Shown: in pieces, positions 35,920-50,879 of the stretch | How positions within the stretch are numbered: the first letter of the stretch is position 1 | Layout: each line of letters starts with the position of its first letter | Assembly (NCBI RefSeq): GCF_009834535.1 | Contig: NC_045696.1 | Span: 7,752,001 to 7,816,000 of the forward strand | Length of the DNA: 64,000 nucleotides | DNA from: Camelus ferus | Taxonomy: Eukaryota | Direction of reading: 5' to 3' | Notes under the pieces: model-generated | The model's database searches: none | What the model was told of the DNA's origin: nothing | Seen by the model: only the letters and a program-made list of their open reading frames with translations | Program-made: the position numbers and the translations under genes

Positions 35920-38900
35920 CTGCCGCGGGAGGGAAGGGGGAGTCAGGAATCCTCTCCAGAACTGCAGGGGGTGGGGGGAGGTGCATCACAGTGTGCACCC
36001 GCCAGGGACAGGACTTTGATCTCCGCCTACAACCCACACCTTCTCTGCACACGGAAACGTTTGCCTTTTCTCAACACCTTCCAACAAGGACAGGAGAGTC
36101 CCAAGCAGGAGGAACTGGAAGGAAGGTTGGAAAAAGTGTGCCATGGAGCTGAGGGACCCTTCCGGCCCTGGGCAGCATCCTTCATGTAGGAGGTGGCTTC
36201 AATCAGACTGGAGCTGGGCCCCATCCTTCACTTGCTGCCTGCGGGGACTGGCGGCCGGGAGGCCAGCAGCCATGTCCTGCGGGGTCCCTGTGACAGCCTG
36301 GGGTGCTCGCCCCCAACAAGGTCCTTCCCCTCGGGCTCTGCTGGGCCTCCTTCACGTGGCCAGAAACGTGTCTGTGGCTTCCCTGGTCCAGGGTGACTGT
36401 GCTAATGTGCAGCTCCCACCCTTGGGTGTGGCTGGGCGGCTGCGTGACCTCGGGGAGGGTCTGGACCTCTCCAGAGAGCCACATGACCGTGGGGTTGCTC
36501 CCCTGATGTTTGGACACCACCTACAGACACACCCCACAGAGGCCACCATGGAGCCTAGAGGCCACGTCCCTGTTGGGCAGGACCCTTTGCAGGCACAGGT
36601 GTCTCTAGGAAAGTACCATAGTTACCATCTTTCTCCAGAGGTCCCCAGAGACTCAGCTCCTGGTCTTGAGAACTTGGTGACTGTTCCTCCAAACACAAGT
36701 GCCATGACAGGGGATAACAGATTCTCAGGACCAGAGCCCCCCTCACCTATTGGCAGTGGCATAGAACATTCCAGAAACTACCACCAACAGTGCAGCTTCT
36801 GAGCAGTGGTGGGTGGATCCTCTTTCAGAGCTACAACAGTGCAGCCAAGGACAGTGAGTCAGTGCACCTGGTATTGATCAGGGCCCCGGTGCGGTGATGG
36901 CATGTCTACTACAGCCAGTGGGACCCCAAAGCCCAGAGTGGGTGAGACACTGCCTTTAGGTGCACAGAACCTCAGGCGGGTCTGAGGACCTCTTTCTCAG
37001 CCCTGCCTCCAGGGGCGAGGGTGAGCTCAGGGTTGTCCCAACCACTCCCTCGTTATTTTTAATTGTGTCTCCCCACCTGTTTCGTTGGGAGGCTAGCTCT
37101 GTGCTCAGTTAGAGCACAGATAACATGATCTTCTGTAAAGGGGCAGCCCTGGTGGTGCAGCCCCAGCCAGGCAGCTGAATGGGGAGGTTCTCCTGGGGAC
37201 CACTGCCTCAAATCGGTGTCAAAGCCACTTGCTTTCTGCTCAGGACAGCGGTGGGGTGGGTAGTGGTGGCGGTAGCAGGGTTGGGGGACATGGAGAGGTG
37301 AAGTCATTTATCGCGTTCCTCCAGCTACTTCTTCCACTTTGTTGACGTATGAGCTGCCTTTTTATTCAGAACAAATTATGTTTCTGGCCTGCTAGGTAAT
37401 TTTGTCCCTAAAACGGTTTCCACAGTTCTGTTTTCTGCATTATTCATGGAATTTTTCTCCCACATCATGCAAACAGAGCAAACCCTCTCTCTCCACCTCC
37501 CCAACCTGACACTTTCCTAAGGACTCAACTGGATATCTGCCTAGGTAAAAAGTTACGGCATGATTTCATTAAAAATAGAGACTAAAAACTAAACACCCTT
37601 CTCTCAAGTCCGTCCTGTTAATCCTTACAAAGTTTAAATAAACCAGCAACACTCAAGCCAGCCAGTTGGACAGGACAATCTCCTTTCTTCCTGAGGGCAG
37701 CCTTAGAGATTCTGTCCCATGGTGGGTGACACAGGCTAATAAGTCAGGGAACTATTTTTTCACTTGATCCATAATTTCAACGGCTTATTTTAAAAATGAA
37801 AAAAAGAAAAGAAATAGAATTTTTTGTGTGTTGACCTCTCATTTTCCCTTATCCAGGTTTTTAGAGAAAAACGACAATTCTGATTTGCTTGAAGTTCTTC
37901 TTTTTAATCCCAGAGTAGCTTCATCTGTCTCCAAAGAAATTCCGTTCTCATCACAAGCATGTGGGGGAGACGAGGGAAGGTAGGCAGACTAGAAGGCTTG
38001 ATTTTCTGAATACTCGGGTCAATCATAAACCTCTAGGGCTGTCCAGGAGGCAAGGTCGTCTTCAAATAACGGAAATGTTTTTAAAGGACAAATTTTGGAA
38101 TGATAAAACCGTGCTGACCTTGACTCAAAATTATGGTTGACGTGGTGTTCCCTGTATTTACATACCTACTCGTGCTTTTGAATGTTGAAAGAAATGTGAC
38201 TACCTCACCAAAAAAAGAAAAAAAAATACGGTTGTCGCTATAAAACTCCCCAGGTCTCATACATCAACCTTATTAAAACAGCCCCTCAATGTGATATTTT
38301 AGTATTCGTAAAACCCAGCTAACTACAAAATGAATTGCTTTCCTACTAAGAGCTTTTTTATGTTTTGCTGAATAGCTTTTCTTCCTGCCAAGAAAACTAC
38401 ATATGATAAATACAGCACTAAATGGATATATTCTGGGTCAGAAGGGGAAAGTCACCCAGTATTCTGGAAACACACATTACTCTGCTTTGGGTGTTTTGCT
38501 GAGTATGGTAAATTAAGCATTTTAAAATAAGATGGTTTGGGTTTCAGGGTTCAAGTTATGTCAACAAACATTAAATGCTGTTCTTTCTCTTTATTTCAAA
38601 AGTGAAAGGATTAGGTCTTATGGCCCCAAACAACACCATGGCTGTTTTTATGGTGGGCTTCCGGCCACAATCTCAAATATTCCATTTTCCTTTATGTATC
38701 TCATGAACAGCTATTTCAGACATAGCTGTATTATGTGAGAATGTGTATTAGTTACCTGGATGTTATAGACCATATGCAACTTTGGTAAGGAGATTGAAGC
38801 CACAAGGATCCTTTAAAATGTTCAAAGAAATACAGAGCAGGTATGTAGTAAGGCTTTTATCCTTCTTCAAATATAAGTTAATTTCGTTAACCAAAAAACC

Positions 38901-41497
38901 ATGAAGCTAAATCATTTCATAACCTTGGCAGATAAAGAGTGCGCCTCCAACTCTACCCCCTCCGAGTAGATACAAGTTTGTCTACGTGAATGATTATGTG
39001 TTATGATTGTGTGCGGAACACCAAGTGGAACTTTCAAGCAGAAGCTCGACTTTCTTTCCCAACACTTGCACTGCGGGCTGAGGGGTCAACTCACACTTTG
39101 TGGTTCTCACTGCCATTTTTTGGTACTAAAGTCTGACAGCAAGGATGGCTGCATTTATTCATTTAAAAGCAAAAATAAACTAATAAATTCTGCTACATGA
39201 AGTAGACCGCTTATTCCAATACTTGCTAAAAAAAAAAAAATTCCAAAAAGGTTTTGAATTGGGATGGACTTATCACACATAAAGAATAATTTTTATGCTC
39301 TCAAATAGATAATTTAGAAACTTATTTAGATAGCGCAGATTTTTAAAAATGCACCACTTTGCTGTGAGTTATCACGTCATTATGGCAAACCTAGGAGCTT
39401 ATGTTCCCTAGAGGCTGAGCTGCTAAGATAGAGTTTAACCCCGAATTAATGTGGAAGATGTCATTACTTAAAGAGATATTGTCACTGAGAGTAATTGACA
39501 GTTCTTGGAACACAGAAGGTGGTATGTAGATATAAGCTATTACTGTCCTTATTCATCAGAAAACCTGTTTAAAAAGTTACTCTGACTAGTGGGTAAAATT
39601 TTATTAACACTTTAACTCTGGTGATTAAAAAAACCTTGAAGTCTATTTTAATAAAGTTTTCATGTTTGGCATATTTGTCTGGCTTTTTACTACTAATAAA
39701 AATAATCTAAAAGGTGCAAAAATTGTTTTTAAAACAGAAGTTGGGTATTTGACATTCCTTTCAATACCTTATTTTACTATTAAGAAGACAGGGGGAAAAA
39801 ATACACATTGTGATTCTGCCTAGATTTCCTTCTGCAGAGTTAATCGTGAACAGGAGGCAGATTTGAGGGAAAAGCTTGTTGTTGCTTATTTAAACAGTTC
39901 ACCACGAAGCACTCCCCAGACACTAACAAGGGCTCACGGCTGCATGAAAGTGTTTTTGTAGCTGGAGACTGATACTGAGACAGTCCCGCCAGGAGATCAG
40001 AAAAAAAATCAGCCGCTCTACACAGTCAGTTTGACTTTTTTCAAATTGACACTTTCCTCACAACATATAGACAAAAGGCACCTCTACAACTTCCTTGGAA
40101 AATGGTAGTGTATCACTCCCTCCTCTTCCAAAATTATGACATACAAAGTCTTATGTCTGCATTAGGACCAAAAGGAAATACAATTTAAATTATGATTCTA
40201 CTTAGAATTCCTTTTGTGGAGTTAATCATGTGTCCTAGCCAATATTTTGGTCATTCTTAATTACTGTCTTCAAAAACAATCATTTTTATTTCCCACATGA
40301 AAAGAGAAAGACGACAGAGCGAGAAATGTAGGATGCCAGACTGAGCAGCCTGATGGAATGATCTGGAAAGTCCTGGTACGTGCACAGTGCCTTATGATGT
40401 GCCAGGACGTTCCCCATGACTGAGTATCTCTAATATGTGCCCACCAAAGTATGCTGTTTTAGCAACTTTTGTGCTATTTTATGTGCAGTTCTAATGAAAC
40501 TGTGATCATGCCTGGCTTTTGTGTAGCTCCCTATAGTTTATAAATCACATAAAATATGCACTTTGGTATGTTTCTCACCATGATCCTGAGAGAGGGGGTG
40601 GAGCAGGCATTATTTTCTTAGTTATGATTCAGGGAGGTCAATTACCTGGCCTTATTGGACAATGAGAATCATATAACTGAATGTTATTTTCCTTTTTGCT
40701 TTGACTACTAGGGAGCTCAGACCTAAATGAAATATTCAGTAAAAGTGACGCTACCTATTTTAAAATATGTTTGACAGGTCATTTTAAAAGTCTGTGAAAT
40801 GTTTTGTCTTATTTGTGACATTATTATAAAACTAATCAAAGTTTTTATAAGTTACGATTTAAAAAATTAAGTAATCTGATCAAGAGCACTCAGCCACAGA
40901 TCAAGCCAGGGGTAGAAATCAAGCTGGGTTCAACTAAAGGGCCTTAAATAATTCTAAATATTCTGAGAATAATAAGGTGGAAATTCAGAAAAATAAAAAG
41001 AATAAATTTCATGTTCCCAACAGTATTTCCCATTCTACAAGGTCACTAATCCCATGAGTCACATAGGTTAACAGTCAAGCCTTAGTCAATCTTATCTGGG
41101 AGACCTGGTATCATAAAGGAAGAGAAGAGGAAGAGAAAAGAAAACTGCCATGCAATTTTAATATGCAATTCAATTTAGAAGACTTTGCAGAAGAAACACA
41201 TGGGCACAGAAACCCACCTTATGGATAAGGAAAAATTTTTTCCATCCATTGGAAAAGAAGGTTTCAAATAAATAGGAGGTTTAAAAAACATCTTGGCAGA
41301 AAAAGAAAAGGAATACACCAGATGCAGGTTTCCAAATTGGTAATTTTGTTTCTCAGTTAGAAAACCCAAGCCACTTTAATTGGCATGTTTTATTTTGGCT
41401 TAACTACATGAGGAGGCTGGTGCAACACAGATTATTCATGTTCCCCCTGGGAGCCCATTTCCTGTATCTAATTAATTCTAGTGTGTCTTCAGTTGTA

Positions 41498-41515
41498 ATA
41501 ATAATAATAATAATA
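41498..41515. repeat. (AAT)n microsatellite
   Basis: aataataataataataataa. Confidence 0.8.
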
Positions 41516-42388
41516 AAGGACTCTGATAATTCACAATGTAAAGAAACGTTTAGCCCCTATATGTATAAAAGAAAATGTGACTCTTAGGACCATGATCCAC
41601 ACTTGTTAAATCAGAAATGTGCATGGCAACCATCAGCAGACTCCTCGCCATCTAGACCCGCCACAGCCCAGATAGCAACCAAATGCTCTACACCCTTGGT
41701 TTGATGGGATAGATAAAGCTGAGTGCACTTCTTTCCTCTAAGGAATGAACCCCTTTTTAGAAGATGGTTCCAGAAAAATCGGTAATATTTAAATGTTCTA
41801 AAAGAAACCAGGACCTTGCTGTGCAAAACAGTAGTAAACTGAGTTTTATGAGTTTCTATCACAAGCATATAAAATGCTTTACTGAAACGACCACTGAACT
41901 GGAAAAACTCAGGAAAAATTACCCTGAATTCCATGTGAACACTCATAAATCTACCCCCTCCAACCTTTTCTCTCTCCCCAAAGCACATTCTGCATAAAAT
42001 CCATGTTCTACATCAGCTTTCCTCTCGCTTTCCTAGCAACTCACAAAACCACGTGCAGACCATCAAGGGAGGACTAAAAAATCTCCCTTTGTGAAGCTCT
42101 TGTTAGCGGCAGAGAGCGTTACTGTATAAGCAGAGTCCAGGCTATCAATTGAGGCTGACTGTTGTGAAGATATTACTGGTCATTAACCCCAAAGGAAAAA
42201 GAAAGTAAAAAAGTGAAATGTAACACGGAAAAGAAAAGCCCCACTGGCTGACCTAAGAAGACCATTTTGCAATTTTGGATTACCTTCGTGCACAAAAACA
42301 GACACCCAGACAGACTCATATTCAAGTTGGGTAAAGCTGTCAAGATCTGCCAATGCTTAATTTATTATTTTGGTTGTATGTGAAATTA

Positions 42389-42529
<141 letters not shown>

Positions 42530-44774
42530 TTAGAGTTAAATCTAATCATTGTACTGTCCCTGGGATGGACGAATGTATAAAATATTATCATCAATGTATA
42601 TTCGTTAAATGCAATGTAAACGGAGTCCCAGGGGTCATGAAAAGGACTGAAGGTTTAGTTCCCCAGCCAGGCACTCAAATGCTTTTAAAGCACTTTAAAA
42701 AGAGTCTTATATCCACATCACAAAAATCATGCAAAACATTTGAGAATTCCTATCATGCTCAGTTTAAATGTAGTAGCTTTATTGTTTGGGGTTATTTTAG
42801 CACTTAGCACAAATCCGGAGTTGTATGGTACTTAGGGGAAAATCTACCACTGTATAGACCATTTTATGTCATAATTGGCAGCCATTTATACCACTAGAAC
42901 ACACGCTTTATTTGCCACAATTTTCTAGTTATCCCTAAGTACCATTTGAATAATAAATTCTGAACACGACCATTCCCCAGAAAATAAAAGAAAACACTCA
43001 GTTATTTTTAACAGACTATGTCTACAGAATTAATTATTTAGAATTTGCAAGAGATCAAACAACATTTGCAAAATTCAAGGAGAAAAAGTATCAATTTCTG
43101 AAAAATTAAAGTTACCTAAATTATACTCTGATTTTGCCTAGGTTGGCTAGCACTCAAAAACATAAAGTAAAATTATAAGGTAATTAAGATAAATAAAAGG
43201 TAATGATTATATGTGTGGAGAAGATAAAAAGACTAAATTATTTTTGAAAAAGGAAACTGCATTTTATTTACCCATTCATATTTTAGAACCAGAACCAAAG
43301 AAAAGCAATAAAGTTGGTGAAAGACCCATACGAACCACAACGTTGCCCCCATAAAAAATATTCCAAATTAATTTCTGGCCACAAATTCTATTTTTACAGC
43401 ATGTAATTGAAACCAGATTACCTTTGGTTTTTCTAAATCCGCCCCTTCTTTGTTGGGGGGGGGCTAAAAAGAATGTAGTAGAAGTGAAACTGGAAAGATA
43501 TCCTTAACACTCTGCTGCCTCAGACACAGTTTTGATGCGAAAATTCTTTGCCAAGTAAGCTATCATTACCTTTCCCTGTGCGGAGGTTGAAATCAACATC
43601 TTGATTATAAGCCTGACTTTCATGTTTCTAACTCAGCTATGAAATATTTCCCCAAGTAAACTCCTTTTCAAAAATATAAACTCTTTAGCAGTTTCTAAAG
43701 TTATCAACGTTTTGGCACACTTTGCATTCTTGCTTAACTCCAAAATCGTTAAAGAGATACATTTGCTGAAATAGCATGGGTCGGTCAGCCACACCAGTAA
43801 AAGAGAAAATCATAATTAAGTTCTGAAAGTTGCCAGCGGGAGCTTAAAAAATAATATTCTTAATGGAAAACGTTGGGTATGCCTTCATAGCTTCAAATGA
43901 CCTCATGCGTTTGCATATGTATTAACTGCAAAGACGCCCATCCACACACCACTCCGGAATTAATTAAATGTACGGTGGAGAAACGGGGGTGTTGACTTTG
44001 CCGCCAGGTTTTCACTAGCGCTCCCCGGCACTTAGTTGTCCCTGATATTAGTGTCACTTACAATATGTAGGAGCATCAGACATGCAAAATGCCGCTCCGG
44101 GCGCTGGAAGTGAGCGCGGAGGCAGAGCGCAGGGCGCGCGGGAAGGACTCCAAGAGCGCCATTACCCCGCCGGCTCCCACACCGTTGGCTTTACGTTGTA
44201 AAAGCCTAGGCTTTCAAATACATCCCCGGGACCCGCTCTTCCCCAGCGCATGCGTTTTTAAAAATAAATCACACTAGGAATGTTGGGGAAAAAGAGTTTT
44301 GAAAAGATCTGCTTTTTCGAAACGCAGAGCTCGTGGCTGACTCGCTGCCCCAAGTCACCGAGTCCCGTAGCCAAAAATTTTTTTCTTTTAAAGAAAACAC
44401 AAAATAGAAGGAGGAAATGCAAAATAGCTCTCGGCGGGCATTTTTCGGTGGCAGAGACAAATGACGGGAGGGGGAATGAATCGGGTCGTTGATGAGGCTC
44501 TGTAAAGGGCATTTGAAGGATTCCGAGACATGAGGCGTTGCTGTCCCCACCCAGCGCCAGCCACGGACTTGGAAGTGGCTGGTCGTGCGCACGGTTACCC
44601 TACCCGAGCCCGAGACACTGCGGGAGAAATCCGAGGTCAGGGGCGGTTTAACCACCGCGGACTGAATGGCTCCGGGCTGGAGGGCTAAGCGGCTGACCAC
44701 AAACTAAGCCAGGGCTTCCTCCGTGAGCCAGGTGAGCCTGGAGGCGTTACCAGGTCATAAGTTGGACCACTCGA

Positions 44775-44985
44775 GAGCTGGACCACTTGGGTTCAACAAA
44801 ACACCACTTGCTATGTGACCTCAGGCATGTTGCTTAACCTTTCTGTGCCCCAACTTTTTTCGGGGGGGGGATGGAGTTTAAAAAAGAATACACTCTAGGT
44901 GGGTGGTGAAGAGAGAGTATATAATAAGATTTAGAATAGGATCTGGCCAGTAGTAAACTCTCAATAAATGTCAACTGTTGATATT
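44775..44985. mobile_element. MIR SINE fragment
   Basis: TGGGTTCAA...CACCACTTGCTATGTGACCTCAGGCATGTTGCTTAACCT...TAGTAAACTCTCAATAAATGT. Confidence 0.65.
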
Positions 44986-45512
44986 TGATTATTGATGCTG
45001 TCTCTCCTTTATTGCAACCTCTACACACAGACACACAAACAAACACAATTGTCAGAGGCCTTAGAGCTGCTCACTCTGGCTCAGAGCGATCTGATTATTC
45101 CTTCTCTGGCTCCAGCGCCTGGCACACAGCGTTTGGCACAGAGCAAGCGGGCCATAAAAGTTTGCTAAGGGAAGTGAGGTTGGAAAGGACTTAACTACGC
45201 CCAGGGGTGCCCTTCGGCCTAGGTCTCCTGAGCTAGAGAGTTCTGGGGCTGGGGAAGGGGGGGGGGCTAGGCGTGGGGGGTGGTGCGAGGTTGCACTGGT
45301 TGAGTCCAGTCCACACTGGGCCCCGGCCCCCCAGGCGGAGTTAGTGAAGAGTCTCTTGCCCCGAAATTCGGCCACGGCCTCTAGCCTCAGAGAGACCTCT
45401 GCAGCCTGGGGACGGCCTATGGATCTGCCCAGGGCTCCTTGAGGAGGGACACCTGGAGACTAGGGTGGCGAGGTCGTAAGAGAGTCCCCACCCGGGCGCG
45501 GGCCAGGGAGGT

Positions 45513-45513
<1 letters not shown>

Positions 45514-45543
<30 letters not shown>
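45514..45543. repeat. (GGC)10 trinucleotide repeat, SIM2 intron 2
   Basis: Perfect 30-nt run about 47 nt downstream of the exon 2 donor. Confidence 0.9.
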
Positions 45544-45545
<2 letters not shown>

Positions 45546-45589
45546 TCCCTCCTCCCACCCCCACCCCCCCGGAGCGGCGGCTCTACTAC

Positions 45590-45672
45590 CTGCAGCAAGT
45601 GTGATCCCAGCTCCTTGGCGACGCTGTCCAGGGGCCCGGCGCGGCTCGGCTGTCCCCACGCGTCTCCTAAAC
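45590..45672 (-). CDS. SIM2: SIM2 exon 2
   Basis: gtccag|GT TTA GGA...CTG CAG|gtagta, 83 nt; [28 protein letters not shown]. Confidence 0.96.
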
Positions 45673-48600
45673 CTGGACGGGGAATAAAGCAAACCAGTAA
45701 ACAGCGCCCAGCAGGAAGCCGGGGCGCCCGGGAGGGCGCGCGCAACCTCAGCTCCTCGCACCCCCGCCGCCGGCCATCGTCCCTTTGCCTTCGATTAAGA
45801 AGAAAAAGACCAGATGAGGAATTCTCGCTGGGGCCTTGAGTCCAAGCGCCCTGGCCGCGCACTTAGCCCACCAGGCCCCCAGCTCCCGTGGGTCGCCCAC
45901 GTGCTCACGGCTCTGAAATTGCCGTTGTATTTGAAATGCCACAAAGTAACCTAATCTGCTTTGAAATCGGCCACCCTCACAGCCAAACGGGGATATCGAT
46001 TTGACCAGTAAATATTTCCCCAAGGGTCCTGCCTCCCTCTCTTCCTTGAGTCGCCAGCAGTTGTGCATTTTCCCAAAGATAGGGAGGCCCAGACTTAAAG
46101 CTCTCGCCATCCTAGAGGCAGCTTTTCCCGCATTAAAAAAACAAACAAAAAAACAAAAAACTTTCTTCAATCTTCTGTAGCCTCCTCAAACTCTCCAGCC
46201 TTCACTGGCGCCCCAGGAGCGCCGGATCCTCTTCTAATCCTAGAGCTACAGTCTGGGAAGGGTTTACCTGGGGGCTTTCTCGAAGAAAAACTCCTAACGC
46301 GCCAGCGGCGGGGCGGGGGATGGGCCGTAGGCGGGGAGAGCCGCATATGTACGTGAAGGAAACTAGGAAGTGTTTGTTGTCACATAGTTGGGGGTCTCAC
46401 AGCCTCTGCGCTTCTTAAGTGTCCCCCCAAGGCCTCCTGTTGCTCCCTACCACCTCCCTGAGGTCCGCCAGTGTTGCAGAAAGTGCACCGAGGGAAAGAC
46501 GGTCCTGCTCAGCAGAACATCCCTCCCTTGCACCCTCGACTCAGCTGTTGTGACCCCGGAGATCCCAGGCTTTTCTCTGCACGTTCAGGAGGAAGTAGGA
46601 AAGCCGAGTGAGATTGTAGCGCTAAGCCCCCGTCGGGAGAAACCCCAGCCGCTCCCTGGAATCAGTCCTTCTGCTGGGGGCCTGACCCGAAACTCTCCAG
46701 TGAGCCCGAGGCTCCGGCGCGAGGTGGCAAAGGCTGGTGGCCGCGGTGTCAGCATCCACCCCCTACTCCCGCGGAGAACGCCCCGCCCCCGGGCTCTAGG
46801 CCCACTCTGTGCTTCCCATCCCAGGTTTTGACCCTGTGAGGTGAGTTAAGGGTCCAGCTGGCTTGTCCGTCTCCCCTCCCACCAGAAGTGCAGGTCATAA
46901 CAGTCCCCTGCCCGCTGCTCCCCGGGAATGCGGGACCAGAGACCAGAGCAGAACACGCTGGACTGGGGACCTCGCCCAACCACGCCAAATCCGAGGAGTA
47001 CTCCCAGGACCCAGAAGCCCTCCAGGTGGGCGGTTAGTGGGTTCCTGAAGAGTGTCACGCAGGCACCCTGGGTCTCCCCACTGTCCCTGAAGGTGCCTTG
47101 GGCGTCGAAGCTTCTGGAGCCCTTGACTCCAGCAGGCAGAAAACGCACCCTCAGCGTGGAGGTGTGCACAGGCCCAGGGCACCTCCAGGCCCATGGCCCC
47201 AGGAAAGGCTTTGGAGATCCTTCTTGGCAAACTCTATTCTGCAACTGAAAAAGAAATGACCTTTAATTCTCCTCCTGGGCTTCTAGAATAAGGGGTTTAT
47301 CCTGTATCCCCATAAGGATGTGGCTAATTTCCACACATTCCGATTCCCCAAATATGACTGCAGTCCCCTATCACCAGACTCCACCAGGAGAACGGAGATC
47401 TCTCTTAACCCTAGGAAATCACTGCCCACCCTAACCCACTCCCAAGGATGACCACAGTGACCACAGTACAGGATGACTGGCTCTCATGTAGGTCCTTCCT
47501 CCCCAAGACCCAAGCGGCTCTCCTGGTGGCGGCGGCATTTACTCTATTTAACCAGAAATGGAAAGGTTCAAAATTTAAGAGCTGTAGGGGCTTGAATGAA
47601 GAAAGAATTTAACAAGGACCCAGGAATTCTGATGTCTGAAAATGGACAAATGCACCCTGGTAACCATCCTTTATCCTACTCTTGGGCCCACCCCCTGGCT
47701 CCGGCCAAGCCACCCTTGCCTGGCTCCCTGCAGACAGTGAGCACTGCTCCCGCCTCATCTCCTCACATGGTCTGGGGCTGAGTGACCTGAGGAAATCTGC
47801 ACCTTTGGGAATGACCCCCAAACCTCAGACTCCCCTGCCTGGGTCTCCCAAGACCTCTGGCCTCACATGCAAGAGTGCACTGACTACACAGGACAATTTT
47901 GCGTATGATTAAAATACCTGGATACTTCAAGAGCCTGTTCTCTTACATCAGTATAATTTTTCCTGTAATTTCCTAATGCCTCCGCGTTGCCAGTGGAGAT
48001 TTGGACCTGGTACGAGCGAGCGGGGGTGGGTGGTGAAGTTCCCCTCAAGCGTCCCTGCCCCATGCCACCTCATAGGGTGATGGCGCTGCCAGCTCTTCCA
48101 TTAGAAACCACTATGGGCGAGGCCTTTCCACTGGGCCCATAAAAATCTACTTTAGGCTGAATGTAGAGATTAAATGAGGAAAGATTTGTAACAAAAAAAA
48201 AATCATCCTGTTACCGTAAAGCCATATATACTCCTGAAAAAGTGAGGCGCTGGGCATGTGGCCCTTATCTGGACCTAACAAAGGACTTTGTTAGAAATGA
48301 GGGAAAGTATAAGAAAAGACTTGGTTAAGCTCCTCCAAGGTTACCAGCTGTTGGTGATCTGTCTCACCCGATTCTGGGAGCCCCTCCCCCACCCCAATGA
48401 CGGCAGGGGAGCAGCTGGGGGTTCCAAACCTGGCCTTTGGTTTCCAGCAGGGGTTTGGACTCCTGCTTGAGCCGCTACTGGGAATCCAGATGGCCAGGTC
48501 ACTGGGGAGGGGGTGGTCAACCACTAGGCCATAGGGAAAGCAAGCCAGGTGTCCCTTTCCCCCTCTGCCTTCGAAAGTTTGTATGTGCCTGCACCTCGTA

Positions 48601-49870
48601 CCCACCCACACTCAGCTGGCTGTTTGGTTTAAACCCTGCGAGGCCCTGATGCCACAGAAGCTATCTAAATATGGTCCCTCTTCTCTGCGTGCTCAGTTAG
48701 TCAGTCAGCAACTGCTCTTGAGTGTGTGCTGTGCTTTGGCCCCAGCCAGGTGCAGGTCACAAACCATAAACATGAAACCGCACAAATAAGATGATTTGCT
48801 ATCAAAAGGGAGATAGTGGAGGGGTTCCTTCATTGTGAGATAGGGTTGCCTCCTCAGATGAGGGGACACAAGTTGAGACCTGAAGGAGGAAGCTAGCTGG
48901 GTTTGCTTCTTCCTCTGGACCCGGAAGCAGGACTTGCTATGGCCAGTGACCAGCAGGTCTCAGCCCTGGGGTCTAGACTTGGGTAAGAATTTCCAGGATG
49001 GATAGGGGTTCTCACACTTTCCCAAGGGTAACCCTGGGCATCTAAAACGGTGGCATTTTAGTCCACCTCTGACCTTGGAATGCTTTTTTGTCTCTGGGGT
49101 CCCTCAAAAGCCTGGCCATTGAGCCCTTTTCCAAACCAACAGCTGCATAGCAGGCCTGGAGGGACTGTGAAGGTAGTGGTAGGTAGGGACGACCCAACAA
49201 GGTCTGACTCAGCCCAACTGAGGCAGGGGAAGTGGTTCCAGCCGGGCCCTGCCGGTCCCGGCCAGTGTTGTACGTGTTCAGCCCACAGATGCAAGCACCC
49301 CACGACCCTACTGCCTAATGCTTAGATCCTGAGGGTTGGGATGGAGGCTCTGCTAAGCCCACTGCACTAGGGAGTGCACGTGGCCAGTGCCACCTCCGAG
49401 AGGCTTCTTCTTTTTTTTTTTTTGCATCCCTGGGTGGGTATGAAGTGGCTTCTTGTCCGAGTTCCACCCTACCCCGAGCGCCCCACCCCTGGCTGGTCCT
49501 GGGGGCTGAATCTAGAGTACCCCGTTAGCCCCCAACCGCCAGGGCCCCACATCCCTGGAGTTCCCATCACCAATGCCTGAGCTTCCTGCTCTGTGACTGT
49601 GAGCTTTCCCTCCCTGGATCCACACACAGCCTGGCAGGCTTCCACGCAGAGATGGGGAGACGGTTGTAAAAACCCACATTATTCTAAAAAATAAGTCTCT
49701 ATATAAAAAATACATTATTTCGGGCTGCTGTAGAGAAATGCCTCGAATCCGTGACCCCATATCGGTTTAAGGTAAGTTTCTCGTCACCAAATCCTCTAAA
49801 TCAAAGCATTTCCATTCCTAAACAATTTCTAGGACAGCCTCCCTCCCCCACCTCCCCTGGGCACTCAGGG

Positions 49871-49894
49871 GTGTGTGTGTGTGTGTGTGTGTGT
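49871..49894. repeat. (GT)12 microsatellite, SIM2 intron 1
   Basis: Direct reading. Confidence 0.9.
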
Positions 49895-50879
49895 TGGGTG
49901 AGAAGGGCCCTGCCTGAATCTAAACTCAGACAAATCCTGACACTGGAATAATTCAGGCCTCCAATCCCATTTACTGTGTGGGAGTGACATTTTCGCTTCT
50001 TTGGAGTAAAAGTGCTTCTCTCACCCACATCACTTCAGGTCCAGGGAGCGGGGAAGAGGGGCTCTGTTCTCTTCCCACAGTCTGCCTCAGTTTCCAGCTC
50101 CATTCCTGAACTGGTACCCAGAGCCAGTCCCTCCTCCAGCCCTTTCTGTGCAAGTGCCCAGAGGGGATGCCACCCTCTGCCCCACTGCTGAGTGTGGGAA
50201 CCCAGGCTCCTGGGAAGGTGCTTAATTCTGGTGATTGGCCATGAAGCCCCTGCAGCTCTGCCTCCTGCCTCCTGAGGCTCAGGGTGGGTCACCAGATGGC
50301 AGAATTTGCCCTGCATCCTGCCTGGCATGGTCACCATGCAGCTATGGCCAGAGAGCCACAGACTCCCCCGACACTGGGTGCTTCTGCATTTCCAAAGCAC
50401 TCCCTTTCCTGAAGGACAGGCCTCACTGCAAAGAGGCTAGCAGAACCCGGGCCCTAGTGCTTCCCTGAGCCCTGTGTGTACCAGGCTCTCCCAACCACGT
50501 TAACTAAGTTTTCAATTCCAAGGCCACAGCCAAAGCCAGCCTTCCTCTCCTGCCCTCTTCCCTGCCTGTGTACTCCCACATCTTAGTTCACTGTTAAAGG
50601 GGAGAAAATGTGGGGACCCAGAAACCAGCGTGTCTTCCAACTCCAGGCAGGGAATCTCGGAGGTCCACCAAGTGGGGCCCTCAGCCACCGTTTAGGCGGC
50701 ATCTGGCTCAGGAAAAGCAGTGACCTCACAGGAAGGAGAGACTGGAGTACAAACATGTTAGGTTTACACTTGCATTACCTGCTTCCTCACACCAGATGCC
50801 GGGAACCAGGCACAGTGATGGAGTTGCTAATAGGCCCATTTTACAGACAAGGAGACAGAAGCCTAGCAGGGCAGCCCGA

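Larger units (their letters stand above)
44090..46350. promoter_or_regulatory. Intragenic CpG-rich region around SIM2 exon 2
   Basis: CpG-dense blocks at 44090-44700 and 45330-45920. Confidence 0.65.
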
